This document shows positions 34,306 through 48,869 of a stretch of 64,000 nucleotides of DNA, piece by piece. How positions within the stretch are numbered: position 1 is the first letter of the stretch; each line of letters opens with the position of its first letter. The position numbers were made by a program, and so were the translations under genes. The notes beneath the pieces are model-generated. The model did no database searches. It was given only the letters and a program-made list of their open reading frames with translations, and was not told the origin of the DNA. This DNA comes from Balanoglossus misakiensis (lineage: Eukaryota > Animalia > Hemichordata). The DNA lies in NCBI GenBank assembly GCA_040954595.2, contig CM082591.2:3519957-3583956 (forward strand), read 5' to 3'.

Positions 34306-37300
34306 ACCGCCAACTCTCAGCGTTGAATCGAATGCGGTGTATTAAATCAAAACAGGCGTATAGATGTTCTTATGCGTGATGTTCAAGAATGCCGCAATTC
34401 CAGCTGTCGTCAGCTTCACTCGACGACCTTCCTGTTCAGAACATCGAGAAAAGACATTAACTTCCAAATGCCGTAGTCAGCAAACAAAAAACGTGCACCT
34501 GATGGGTTCTCATCTCCAGTAAAGCAGAAAAAAGAAAATTACATGCTTTATGATCTCCCTCTACTCCCGCGATGGGGCGCTGTGCCAATTATCCAAACGG
34601 TTTACCATCGCATTGCCTTGTACTAGTACGGAATAAGAATTTCTTGTCTTGCCGACGAGTATCATTTGATGTAATGACCTATTTGTGTCATTTCTCTAGA
34701 GAATTTGCCTCTTCAATGCTTTGGGCATCAACTTCGACTCGATATATGTCTCGGCAACCTCACTAAGAGTTTAGATTACAGATGCCGACTGACCTTGCTT
34801 GTCTGTAAGTTAAAGAGCATTACGTTCAAAGCTACTGTACTCTATTATCTTATCTGTCGCGTCTTCAGGTATTATGACATTTAGAAAAAAGTACCTTGGT
34901 CGTTACTAGAAGCTTACCGCACTAAGAACGGTTCTCTCTATCAGTAATCGAGGATATCTTACAGCCTGCGCTCAGCCAGAATACAGTAGACATAATCGGA
35001 TTGTGAAATACCCGACCATGACCTCACTTATCAACAGTTCATTTCTGTACTGCAGTTTAGGGGCAGGAGTTGTGCCTAAGACATGACAAATTCTTGAAGT
35101 GGCAACGCAAACCATACCCTGCCTTGCGGTGGTAGCTATGTACAAGTCGCATAGAGTACATGGTTTTGAATGTGGTCCAGAGGTCAACAGCTGAAGTACT
35201 CTGTTGTTACGGTGAAATCAAGCAGAATGATTCTTGTGCTTAAGGCTATAGTTTTCTTTCCTTCATTAAAGTATTCGAAGTAACTGTATACTAAGTACCG
35301 GTATGATCCTCGACATGGCATGGGTAATGCATTATCCATCGGGACATTTTGAGACAGACCTACCGTATAATCATGAAGTAGTAGAATAAAATGCAGTTCT
35401 GCACTCACACATGAAGCAAAATTCATCCAGAGCAAGACTGAATATTGTCTCTGTATATTTCCAACTTTATATTAAGATAATGTTAGTCCTCTGATATAAA
35501 GAAAACATATGTCACCATGCTTGGTTTTTCGATTGAGCTGTTCAGATATTTTCACCACAGAAAAACTTTAGCATGATGAGTGCAAGAAAAGCGCTCATTC
35601 ATCTTGCTCAGTATTTTAGAACCCCGAACTGAAAAGGTAGGATGGGAAGACTGTGTTTCTTCTTCTATTTTGTATTTAAAAACAACTGATGTACAATATA
35701 TATAAAATCACAAATATAATTTTCAATTTATAGTAGACTTCCACCACAACGTGTTTACCCAAATAGTAGCTGTAACGTGACCTTAGATTCTCGAAAACAC
35801 AATATCAGACAGATTGATATTGCATTCAACCTGGCAAATGAAGTGAAGTGCTGGGAAAGGACAGAGGACACAAAAATGCTTCCAGGTAAACACAGGATGT
35901 TCGCTAGACACCATGCCGCCAAGAGAGCCTGTCCACGGGGAAGCTTCATTGATGCCTTCTGCACTCTCTCCTTGCAAGAATGAAAGATCGAGAGATACCA
36001 CTGCTTCTGATATCAGTTAGTCAGATAGTAATTCTATAGTACAGAGAGGTATATATTGCCGCAAAGGTTATTCGAATTAGACATCTTGTATCAAGTTACA
36101 CTAAACAAGTACGTAAAATTGAAACTTTTTTCTGTTGAATGAAACGAATCAATCACATTTTGTCACACACAGGGCGATGTGAATTCACAGAGGCATGTCC
36201 GGGTTATTTAAAATACATGCAACAGCGGATATGTCAGTGAAGAGGGTTCTTAAAATGAAATACTCTGCCCTGGATATTTCTGTTCACTGGAGAGTGAAAT
36301 GTCTCCGTGACCAATTATCGCTCGCGTATTGTGAATGTGATAGCGTATCATTTTTACACGGGCGATCTTCAATGCCTCGAAGAAATCATTACCTGTTACT
36401 CACACGCGGAGAATACAGGAGCACAGGATCTACCTCATTGGAGGGTCATTTCGGTAAATACCGGTTGAAAGATGAATAGAACTTGTACTTGTTTACTCTC
36501 GGGGCTAAAGGGTCGACGGCTCAACTCTTTCAAGATTTTAAAATCGAGTCACCGAGGAATGCTCCCAGCAAAGAACTCCCCCCAGAATAGCATTGCATTT
36601 AATGTTGGATGGATAACGATGACGTCAAGCCAGTTAAAATTTCCCGAGCTACATATCCATGAAAAGTGGCCCCGGAGAATGTTTCGCCAGAAAAAACATA
36701 AACATATGACCGCTAATCATATTAGTTTTCTTTTTTTTGTTATTAAAAAGGCCACTACAAGTAACGCATGATTAATTGACAACTATTTCATTTTGCCAAG
36801 GTTAAGTAACATCTACTAGATACAGCTGTATAATTCATAATAAATGAGTCTAGTGATTCTTATTATCAAGTCTTCCGTCTACCTGTATTGCAAAATTCAC
36901 CGCGACACGTTTCGGCGGAGAAAGCAATCATAAATTTTTACGTCCGAAAGTGTATACTCAGAGGTTGATGCTGTGATGTCGCCTGGCGTGTCGTAAAACT
37001 AAGTGACTATTTTCCAAGATATTGGCACCTGATACACACTGAGAGACACAGTAAAAAACTTTCTCTGTGGGCAAGATTTGCGATACGGTGATTTGAATTA
37101 GGTGCATGGTTACAGTTATCTCTTGAGAATACAACTGTGATCGAATCGCGACACCTTACAGAGCAGAGGAAATGAAGATCTGAAGTTACTTCAGACCTAG
37201 ACCTCGTCTAGTTATATAGAAACAAGAAATGAGACTCTGTAATGCAATACCTCGTCTCCCGAGACTGGAAAAAGTGACTTTAATTATCCAATGGTGCTTC

Positions 37301-40300
37301 TCTGTGTACTGGTGCCAATTTGTTAAACTACACGTCGATACGAGATGTCAAGTTACTCAGGGAATACAACCCAAGACGATTCATACATCGCAATAATGTT
37401 CCACATATTCATTGAACATATTTGTTTCCACACAAGATACACTATGGTACACACTCTGATTATTGGCCAAGATTATCAAACATCCTGATCATTGTTTTCA
37501 AAAGTTGAAACATTCGGATGCAAATTACTGCCTATTAGTAAATTTGCTTGGTAATTAGATGTGTCTAGACACCCCGCTACAATTTGAGATGTAACCTCCC
37601 CCCACGCACAGTGCTGACTATGATTTCAAGACTGTGCTGTCATTCCCGAGGATAATCCTTGATAATGCCTCTTGGACTCAAAGGATAGATATCACCAGTG
37701 CAATACTGCTTTGCGTATATCCACTGAACTCCCTGCAGTCTCATACATTTTGAACAGGACAAAGCCTATGTAACAGAAAACGTAATAGCCAACAGACAAC
37801 AGGTGCAGACGTATCCCAGGGGCGTCGTTCGTTGCAAGATATCGATCTGTTTTCACCCCATTAAAATACACAAAACAATTCATGGCATGCCTGTTGTCTC
37901 TTCAATTAAAAACCCTGCCTAATTACATACAAAGAGAAGCACGCGCAGGCGACCATATGTTAAAGCCAAAATATGACCATCATAAAAAACTACCAAACAC
38001 CTTGTTGTATATTACCATAAAACAATGACGTTGCCTTGAGCTAATTAACCTAATTCTGACGTACTATATGATCACAAAACGTGACAGCCAGTGGGCGGGT
38101 ATCATCAAAAGCATGTACACAGATAACACATCTAAATATCAATCGATGATTGCTTTTACCCAGGCGAATCAATCATTGTTTTGAGAGTGATGAAATTATG
38201 GTGGCTGCGAAATGAAGTCAGACACAATCGGGTGACAGCCATTGTTTCCATTGCGAGAGAGTGTATGATTTTTTGTTCGTTTTTAAAATTAATATATATG
38301 TTTTCTTGCAATTTTTGCTTGGACAGGATATTTCAGTATACAGGTACACTTTGAATTCTCATGATAGCTAGGGTATGGTCACATTGATGGTCCAATGCTG
38401 ACATTAGTCACTGGATTATTAAAACCATACATTTGCAATTGCCCCGGGGCTAGTACTAGTTGCTTTTAACCCGCTTACCCTTTTAGGGTGTAACATGATG
38501 AATTGATGGATTTCCAAGTGACGTGAACGGTTGATTGATATTTGCCTATTTGTCAAGTGCAACTGAACTGGAACGGTCGCGTTTTGACTGCTGCACAGCA
38601 GAACAGCAGATAATTGTTACCAATAAATATTATTATGTTATAAGTTCCTGTCGTGAGAAATCTTCCAAAATATCTAAATGTGCAAAGTCCAAAATAAATG
38701 CGCTGGTGTTGTCAGTGAATGAAGGAAATGAAGAGAAAATACAATGTAAAGTAAGACGGGGGCCGACTGATTACTTTTCTATCTCACTCTCATTATAATT
38801 TTTGTATGATAAAACATCTGAACAGCTGTATAGTTAAAATCAAGCATGGTGATAGTGTTTCATTTACATCATTGGACATTGATACAATGCCGTTTTTCTT
38901 GTTTTGCTACATATTAGGCTTTTGAAGCTGATAACATTGCACTATATACATCTGGATGGATACCTAACTTAACACAATTAATGTAACATATGTTTTGAAC
39001 TCTTTGAATGTACCAGCAGATGGCCAATTAAAATAAAATCCAAATGATTTTTTAACATTTTTTATAGTTCCAATAAAATGAGAGCATTTGTCACCAATGT
39101 GGAAGATCTGCATTGAAAATGGACATACATGGACATTCACAAATTATTAACTCAATAATTATTATCATGTTAATTTTTAGCAGAATGTTCATCAACAATT
39201 GATGTGCCTGAAATTTTGGTAAGTAAATGTGGAAACCATCACAAGAGACATTACTGATCTTACCTTGTACGTGAAGTCAGTTGTATTTCAGATGTGTTCA
39301 AAATTTCAAGTGGGAAAACCCTGATCGCACAGCTACATCGTCATAATGCCTCATTTGCATCCCAATGATGATTTAATTGTGTTTCCAGGAAGTAGTTTGA
39401 TCTCACGACGCCAGGTTGGATTGGCAGGTAGATTAATTAAATTAATTAGCAGACAGATGTCCATGAATTCAGACATACAGTGCAGCGTTGCCACGTTTGG
39501 CAAGAGACCAAAGATACAGACAAGATCGATTGATTGATATTAGTTACTGCGATAAAATGTTGGAAATGTACCAGCGTACGTTTATCGATTCAAATTAATT
39601 ATCTAATTCAATTCATTAAACTATAAATTTCATCAGCCTTACTTTGGACTGAATAATATGATTACCTACACATAATCGCTGATCTTGTCCTCGGGAGAGA
39701 ATATACAATTATATTAGTCATCATGTATAGCTTATATTTAATTGAAGGAGCACGAAAGATTATGCAGTAAATCGCGTTGGGAGTTTCCTGTGCCAAGTAA
39801 TCTGGACAGCGTGATATTGAAGTTATGAAGCCTGCTTGTGTCGAACTGCCAGCCAAGAACGGCATATCAGTTTGCTCACTGTTGATTTGTGTTTATACCA
39901 CCTGTTTTTATTTACAAGAACTCTCAAAACATTGTGTTGAAATTTATCTCATATTCATTTCATTGCCCAAGAACAACTTCCGGCCCCATGCCTTTCTGTT
40001 CCATATAGACGTTGATGTGTGTCAGTATTTATTTTGAAAGTTATACTAATACATTAGCGTTTGACTATAAGTATCGGCACTATATACCTATTAGTATATA
40101 TATGGAACCATCAATTATCGCTTGACTATAACTATATATTTACCTGGTAATAACATTTAATCCCTTGTCTCACAGCATTGTAACAAATCACCAATTTATA
40201 GGCCAATTGAATGATATAGCGGACGTCAGGTGGTGGATACTGTCAACTGAAACTCTAATTGTCTACTTGATATTTATATCTACGCATGTCAAAACCAGGT

Positions 40301-42924
40301 TAAGTTTAAAATCAATCAGATAAGCTACACTTCATCGCACTTTCGGGAGAAGAGTCGTTTAATTTGACAATCAGGGTCAGTTATAGTGTGCTACTTGTAC
40401 TTTTAGATGGAAGGAAGACACTGTCACATGACCTAGATTGTATGGTCTTCGTTTGGCAGGCATTTGATTTAATTGCAAATTACCTAACAAACCGGCTTTG
40501 TCAAGACAAGCTCAGCACATGCTGGCGAAGAGAGATGAAAGGACCCATACTTTCTGGTCGACTTTGTATGGAGCGTATACTCTGTGTATACACGTTCTTG
40601 TTCATGTAATGCCATACCATCTGTGACCCCGCGGTCCATGCACGAGATGGACAACTTATACTTGATTGTGACGGATAACATAAATTTAGTCGTGGCAAAA
40701 GGATTATCATAGTGATTTTGGTGGCCGTCAGCTGGTTTGGTCATTGTCAAATTTTGTGCAGAATTTTCATTGTGACATGTACCTTATTATAACATATTTT
40801 ACGTGTAGCTGTGTTCACTGTAATTGAGGTTACAGTAAACCCAACAGTCACTGGCGGCACTCGCTTGGATCAGAGCTTACTGTAACACTCATTATAATTG
40901 CATGAATGAATCAAATACGTCGTAATTCAACAGTAATAGGCAGTTTATTTTCCAGCTGCAGTATAGAATAATATGCTGAGTAATCTCCTGGCTGACAAAT
41001 TTCCTATTGTCATAAAGACAGTTGAATACACGCATCCTGACATAAACACATTAAAATAGGCAGATGGACTGCACCATCTGTCCTGGAACATAAACTAGAC
41101 GGAAATATTATCATGCAGCGATGCCTACACGCAGCTTGAGGATTATTGACTCGAGATTATCCGTAGTCACTTGAGACAGAAGAGTGTTTGTGTGTGTTAA
41201 CTTACATTTAATACTCCAAATGAAAAATAGTATCTGTTTGCATGTAAACATGACAGCAGAGACGTTTCTCATTCCCTGGTCCTTCAGAGATTTTAACACA
41301 TTTTAAACTGCAATTTTTCTAACCATCTTACGATCACTCCAGGATGTTCTGGAAGGTTGGTTTAAACAGAAGCTAGCCTTCTGTGCAGAAGGATATTTGT
41401 AGAAGCTATACTTAAGAAACAAAACATATTACACACAATACTAAGTGCCACACAAACAGCGACAAGACAAATAAAAGATTCTTGACGTCATTCGATACCG
41501 TATCTGCCACATACTGTCGTGAACATAACATTATTTCAATTGCTTTTAGCTCATTTAGCGATCAGGAAGACTGATAGCAAATTGTTTAAGGCTTCCATTG
41601 GTTAGAAATGCCTGACAATGATGGCTTATAATGCAAATCAAATGAGTAATAAGGTTTCTCGAGCACTTGAAAGGGGTCAGTCGTTTTTCAAGTTGCTTTA
41701 ATGTTCAGAAATTTTGTTTACAAGAAAACCACAGGACATGAAACACATATGTTTGCCCGTTCTCAATCTTGAACTAGTTTAGTAAGCGAACACATCCATC
41801 ATAAGCTAGGGAGACTTACGCATTTGTGTTTTTGCGATTTACCTACTAACATCAGCTGCATTCGCCGCCAGGTAAATAAACTGACTCACAGTAATCGGAA
41901 CATTCACATCGAATGTTGAAACCTGAACAAATACCAAGTCTTTGGTAAGGTGAGGGTAATTTTGATATCTGGAAGGCTTACAAAATAAAATTTTATGATG
42001 CTGCAGGGAATTCAAAACTATAACTTCAGTTTTGGAGGCATGGCCAATTAACTCAATCCACATATGGTTGTGATCCATGATTTTTTAACATTAACGAAGC
42101 CGTTCAAGGACTATTTTCGACGGATCAAAGCACAGCGAATAAGATGCATGTACGTGTAGAGTCACGGAGTCGCCTAATACAGCTGACAGAATCTGAAATC
42201 TACAGAATAAAGTAACATAACCTAAATTACATTGGAAACGAAATTGGTCGAATGCAAGCATGTTTTTGCAAAACTCATATCCATTGTCGGCTTTTCAAAG
42301 CAATATCGCGATATTACCGAGCCGAAACGAAACGTAAATCTTCAATGAATATGGATTTAATGGTCGGCACTTTTTTATACCTTTCGAGCTTAATGCAGTT
42401 GCCATGGATACTGATCGATCCAGGGATAAATCTTTTCAAATGTGGTCAGGTGGAAATAAAATGTTTAGTAGTACTGAAAAGTCGTTCAAACCACAATCTT
42501 AATTTACAGAAGTCACTTGCGTTGGGTTACAGTGACATCATTTTTTTCTCTGTATATTCACGGTCTGCTAAAGAACCTAAAGTACACAGAAAGGACAGAA
42601 ATGAAAATTTTGTATGCCAAAAGATAACACAATTGGAACTCCTTCGTGATTATAGGACCGTGAACATTTGTCACAACCTGTTTAAAATGTGGAATTTAGC
42701 AAAGACAATCTGTGATTCCAATTTGTGTACTGAAAAACGAGCTACATGCGCAAATGTCATCTTAGTTTTGAAGAATTCAGTTGATTTATACTTTACTTCT
42801 GGATATCTTAAAATCACACAATAGTTCCAATTACTTTGGATACTTGTTTTTCTTCGGTAATGTAATTAGGGTAATGGAATCTTGCATATCTAGTGCAATT
42901 TATCTAGGTCAACTCTGCAAGCCG

Positions 42925-42975
42925 GAGATGAGATAGATGAGATGAGATGAGATGAGATGGGATGAGATAGGATTG
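42925..42975. repeat. (GAGAT)n pentanucleotide microsatellite
   Basis: Directly visible GAGATGAGAT... tract. Confidence 0.9.
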
Positions 42976-45900
42976 GAATGAAATATCAAAGATTAAATTC
43001 AGTTTTAATATGAATGCAAATTTTTCAACCGCTTGCATTTTTTAAAATGGCAAAATCAAAAGACTATATGAACCATGCCTTTCTATAGGTTATGTGACAT
43101 TTGCATGTTCATCAAGTGTGTGTGCCATTTATGACTGTACATACTATAGATTTGTAACTTAAAGCAACAGCATCCATACATGTACGCAAGAAATATACAA
43201 ACCGTACTGATGGCAAAAGGGACAATTCTATACCTTCAGGGGAAGCAAAGTAAAATATATTGACCTTTACAAAAAATGATTTCCTGGCATTTGTAAAATG
43301 CATAAAATCCGCGTGACCTTCTTCGGGTATCTTCGTTAACAAAGCATTCGTCTTTTTCCTTGCTGAGTAGCATGAATCATTTTCCTACACTCCTTATTCA
43401 TAGCCCAGGGACAGATTACAGTATTTTAAAGGTCTTGGAACCCTGGGTAGGAATGGTATTGTCATGAGTCAGAATTCATCAGCATCATCAGCTATTGTAT
43501 CGCCTTCTCATTCAGTTGCATTACCGACATCACGACAATCTCTCAAAATTATCTTCAAACAGGGAAATATCCTTCCTGTTACTGAGAATGATTTTCCAAA
43601 TGTCTCGCCCTACGGAAAGGTTCTGTTGACGTTTAGTGATTACACAGAAGTGAACTTTCCTCATGGCGAAAGCAATTTTCTCGACCATCTGACTGCGTGG
43701 TGACGTTGTTTGGTATATGAGGGTGTGTTTGTCACAAAGCAAACTTGATACTAGCATAGTCATATTGGTGTGTACAGGAAATTAAAGTCAATATATACGG
43801 TTCTTATTGAACTAAAAACTGTTAACATAGTAAGCGCCTTGGGACAGATTTTCAGAAAAATGATCGTTCTCTGAACCTTTCAACTCTTTGCTATAAGACT
43901 GTATGGGGAGTCTTTTTGAAAGCAAAGAAAAAAACAGGATGTTCATCGTCTTTTATCATGAAACTCACTACTTTAAATATGAAAGTTTAAAACTTTATTT
44001 TCTTGGCACATTCTAACCTAAACTGAGTATAGAAAATCAGAATGTGGTTTATTTAATTTTACGCACTAGATAACTGCATTCATTGAAGCGGTATGCTTTA
44101 CAATGTGACAAAACTTTAGCACATATACATCCGTATTTACGTAATATGGCTGTGATATAAAATCACCATATTGTTCTGACATGCATGTCTGCCTAGTGAA
44201 TATCTCCTAGGAAACGGCAGTCAATACAGGCAAAGCTCCAATGCAGTAAAGATTTCTGCCAAACAAATGGCAACACAAGCGTGATCGAATGAGCAAAACA
44301 TAAAACTCCATGCTCATATGTGATATTTCATTTCATCTATTGTGCAGAAGTTCTTCTGCTAGCCTGTGACTCAAAGATGAACATGTATTTTCTAACAGCA
44401 TACAATTATTTACATACTAATAAAATGGCTGTTCGTAACGCATATAATGAATATATTAAAGTGAACAAACAACATCACTACACTGCACGATGATACAGGT
44501 AATAATAGATCAATATGAAGTGTTCGTGTAACATTTCAAAACATGTGCCCCCTTATTGGGACACGCCCTGAATGTGTGCGTTGATTGTACTATAAATACA
44601 TAATAAAAAACGCGGGTATACTACATGAACCCACGCATATAACGGTCAAAAGACGTGTGGTGAAAATGCTGGTTGTTCAAACATTTATGGCAATTTCTTT
44701 ACCATAATGGGAAAACCAGTACGTTCACCTAGCAGGCAGGAGAAAAAAATCCTCTCTAATTTTACATATTTATGCCGAAAAGATAGCATTTACCAAGTTC
44801 AAGGTTGGGTCGCAAATAAGACGAGTATTACGGGTCTAATCCTAATCATGGATTTCCACATACTATCTCCGATTGCGGTATTCAATCTAACTTCAATGAA
44901 ACTTGATTACCTGGCAAATCAATGGCTCCGTTAATAATCCACTAACATACCCTTTGCAAGAAAACGAGCGAGGAGAATGTAGAACAGATGCAATGATTAT
45001 TCTGTGAGTCACCAATCAATCATTCATGAAAGATAACAGATGAAAAAAAATCTATCACTTTATGTCATAAAACATTCATGTTTTAATCACATGCTACGTA
45101 CAATATTGATTTTCAATGAGGGTTTGCATGAATTCGCATCTGTGATATCCAAATAATATTGATAAGATGGGTTTACATTAATAAAGGAATGCTTTAAAGG
45201 ACAGTCAATTGGTAAATATCTTATTGTTTTTTATTATCAGCTATGATCAACGTTCAATTTATTTCCTCTGTCGCTCTCTTTTATTTCCACCTCCCCTCTT
45301 TCTTCCCCTCTCCCGCTCTTTCTCATCTCCTTACAGCTACCCTAGCAAACATTTTAAGTACAGACAGATGCCATTCTAGGGTTTGAAAACAATTAATATC
45401 TAAAGTCCAGGTTCTTAACTGTTCTTGGCAGAAAGGGAACTTGTTTGTTTCATGATTTTGGAACTCCTTTCGAAAGAATTCCCCCCAAACACTGCGCTGA
45501 CGCTGATGGCGCACTCACCAATGAAGTCATAGACATGTGATTTTAGATCAGAGTACAACAAAACTAAAAAATTCACCCATAAGCCACCTCTGCCATCATG
45601 CTTGTGGTGTCATCAATAGTAAAATTTAATGCCCACTGTTTCGGTTGTGAATTCTTCAACTGGCGACAATTTTTTTTTATGGATACTTGGAACAGCACAA
45701 TGCACGACAACATTTTATAGTCATTTCTGGCTAATATATTACTTTAATAATAAATTTTCCTCTCCAATTTCTGTGAGACATCATATTTCATTTCTATTTT
45801 AATAAGGGGGCACTGTAAAACATCACGCATGGTACAAGAGAGAGAGCTTCGTTCTTCTCAAAAATCCTCGAGGAAATTTATAATTGTTTGCAATTATGCA

Positions 45901-48689
45901 CATTGTAACTGACTTACAACTGTGTCGTGTGGGACCCGGACCTGCAGCCAGACACGGGACAACACCCACTCTTTAAGTATTGATTTACGTAATTTTCAGA
46001 AGAACTTGATTTTCAAGCAATACTTGATATTGAATAACAATGGGGACAAAAACTGCGTGATGACAACATACTGCAAATGTGACGTCAGATATGCGTGGGT
46101 GATGGAACAAAAAGAGAAATAAAGTGACGAAAACTGAGCTACGTGCGGTGTGAAGTCACCCAAATTTACCAAAGTTTGCATTCCATGACAATTTTAATTT
46201 GAAATCAGGTCACAGTGTACTTTAAACTAGAAGTTAAGGGGTACATTTAAGTGAACAATGACAATTAAGTTATTGACGTAGTTTTAGGAAAGTTTCGTTT
46301 TCTATTTCCGATGCAAAATCAAATCTGGTTTAAACGCGAGCAGCTTCAGACCTGTGAGCTGTCGTTCGCTGAGCCCTGACGGATACCATGGACGAACAGG
46401 AGACGATGGTTGCGCAAACCAAGTCCGACAAATGGCGCCTGAACTTGGAGATGGGTCTCCCCCCAGGTATAGTGAAAATTATTACTCACACCTTGGCATT
46501 CTCGGAAAACGCGGAAAACTTCAATCGGTACGGTCACCGCTGACTTATTTCACGCTTTTAACCGAAATGCCTCAAGGCTAATTCACACCAACTCTTGACA
46601 ATAGTGGTTGCCAGAAACAATGTCACTGCTATTCTGAAGAATCTCGCAAATTGAGGAAAAAAAATTTAGTTCAACAGCTACAAACCAGTGTCTGCAGGAA
46701 AACAATGGCATGTAATTCTTACTGCCAGCCAATGTTTGTTTTACTTTACGTGCAGCGAACATGTTAAACTATTTTATCTCAGTATACCTATAAATAATCC
46801 AATTTTAGCTGGCATCGGAATGCTATAAGTCATGCTACCACACACATGCACGCGTATACAGTGTGTACATAATCTACGGCTGTATCAATTTATATACCAC
46901 TTGTACGGTACACCTTGGAATTTGTACTGCTATTAGGTCAACTAATTGCTTTTGTTACAAAGTGGTGTAAACTTCCAACGAGCTTACGTCACTATGGACT
47001 TTGCACTGCCCTTTGAAAATAATTTAGCACGTTGCATTAGAACACTGCATACCTTATTAAATTTCATAATTACACCAAAAACGAGAAGCCAATGGGGGCA
47101 TCCATACAACTTAGCTTGGGACTTGGGTATCGTCACCAACGTGCTTTGTTTCGTTCCGGATTTGCTTTGTCTAAACTGAAAAAACAGGTTGACAGTAGTT
47201 TTGACGCACGTCCGAGGGAAAATTTATGACGTCAATCGCATTTTTCTCCAAGCATGAGGGCCGGGGTGCCTGACATCATCGAGGTGTCGGGTATATGTAT
47301 GACAAATCTTTTGACAGCCAATACGAGATATAAAGACTTCGCATACATGTGCCGCCGTAAGTTATACAGGGTCTTGAGCAACCGAGTGAGGAACTGTTGG
47401 GTGTACGACCCGTCTGTAGCATGTATACCTCTATGACATTCACATCTCTCTACTACCCTGACCTAAAATTGGAGTCACAAGGAAAACAAGGACTTCAAAG
47501 TAATGTCACCATGATTAAATGCCTTACCGGGGAAGTTAATAATTCACAAGTAATATGTGGAGAATGTAAATACTCGAACATATACCCATTCATGGGATGG
47601 CTCGATCTCCACGACGTCATTTGCTCAATGACACGTGCATGTTGGTGAACTCACCCCGGGGGATTTCACACAGATTATCGAAACGTCATGCCTTGACGTG
47701 TAACCGAAACAAAAACTACACATCACCCAAAGCATGCATATATAAATATTTAGCAAATATTGATATACCCCGTCATTGAATGGGTGCCCATGGTATCGTG
47801 GTAATACTTGAATGAAACAAAGATTTACCAAAGATAACTGCATGACCTTTCACTGAAACGTCTCTAGTTGGGTGGAGTAGGCTCGGTCTGTAGTGTCACC
47901 AAACGACAATATGTTTTACTAAGTTGATTATTTCTTTCAAAGCTCCATTATCTGTAACGTTTGACTATTTTTCAGTACTTATATGTTATGTGTATCCGTC
48001 ACTGTCATGGATGGCTTCTTACAGCATGCTTATGCCCAGTATTATTTTATCTCAACATAATAGCCACGTGTGCATAATCATTATAGTTGTACTTTAAAAT
48101 TGTATTTTACTCAAACAATAACAATAGTCTGTATACATATATGACTTGTTCGAGAAGAAAACTGTGTAGTTCGGGACACAGAGAGGAGGACAACAGAATG
48201 TAGTTGATACGCGAAACAAAAACAATACTGAAAAATTGCCAGAAGTAATAGACAACAGAATACACAATGAAATGACCTAGAAAACAAGGCTGTCAACGTC
48301 CAAGGAAATTCTCAGCGTATGGTCAAGAGATAAGCGAATCTATATGCAAAGACTATGCTGTGAATACTTTGCACCGACTTCCCGTTTCGATGGTAGAACT
48401 CATCACAAATGTCCTCATTAATATGTTAGTCGACAAAGACCATGTTTGTAAAAGATACTTTCACTTCCTTTCTGAACTCTGAATGACACTTTCTTTCATC
48501 CCGCCTAAATTACGAACAACAGAATATCAGATTTGGAAAAAGCAGTCAAAATACAGTGTTACGCGAAGTACTGGCATGCCATTTAGTCTGTAGAAAATTC
48601 AAAAAGACGCTGGTACGTGAAAGTGGGGCCCAGATATGAGGAGGTTCAAGTCCAAGAATATACGTAGTTTTTTATCTATCTATCTAGCT

Positions 48690-48763
48690 GTTTGTTTTCC
48701 TTTCCTTCTTTTGTTCTTTCATTCTTTCTTTCATTCTTTCTAGCTGTCTGTCTGTTTTCCTTT

Positions 48764-48795
<32 letters not shown>

Positions 48796-48800
48796 TCCTT
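48690..48800. repeat. (CTTT)n pyrimidine-rich simple repeat upstream of the PNT exon
   Basis: TTCTTTCTTTCTTT... tract; explains the F/S/L-rich start of ORF 48692. Confidence 0.9.
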
Positions 48801-48869
48801 CTGGGTCAGTCAGTCAGTCACCTAACTTCTTCTCATCTCTTATTATCTCAATTATGTGTTGTTCTGTAG

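Noticed and set aside
42252-42824. 190-aa ORF on the + strand
   Set aside because: AT-rich, no recognisable motif, no coding-like composition or clear splice context; probably chance.
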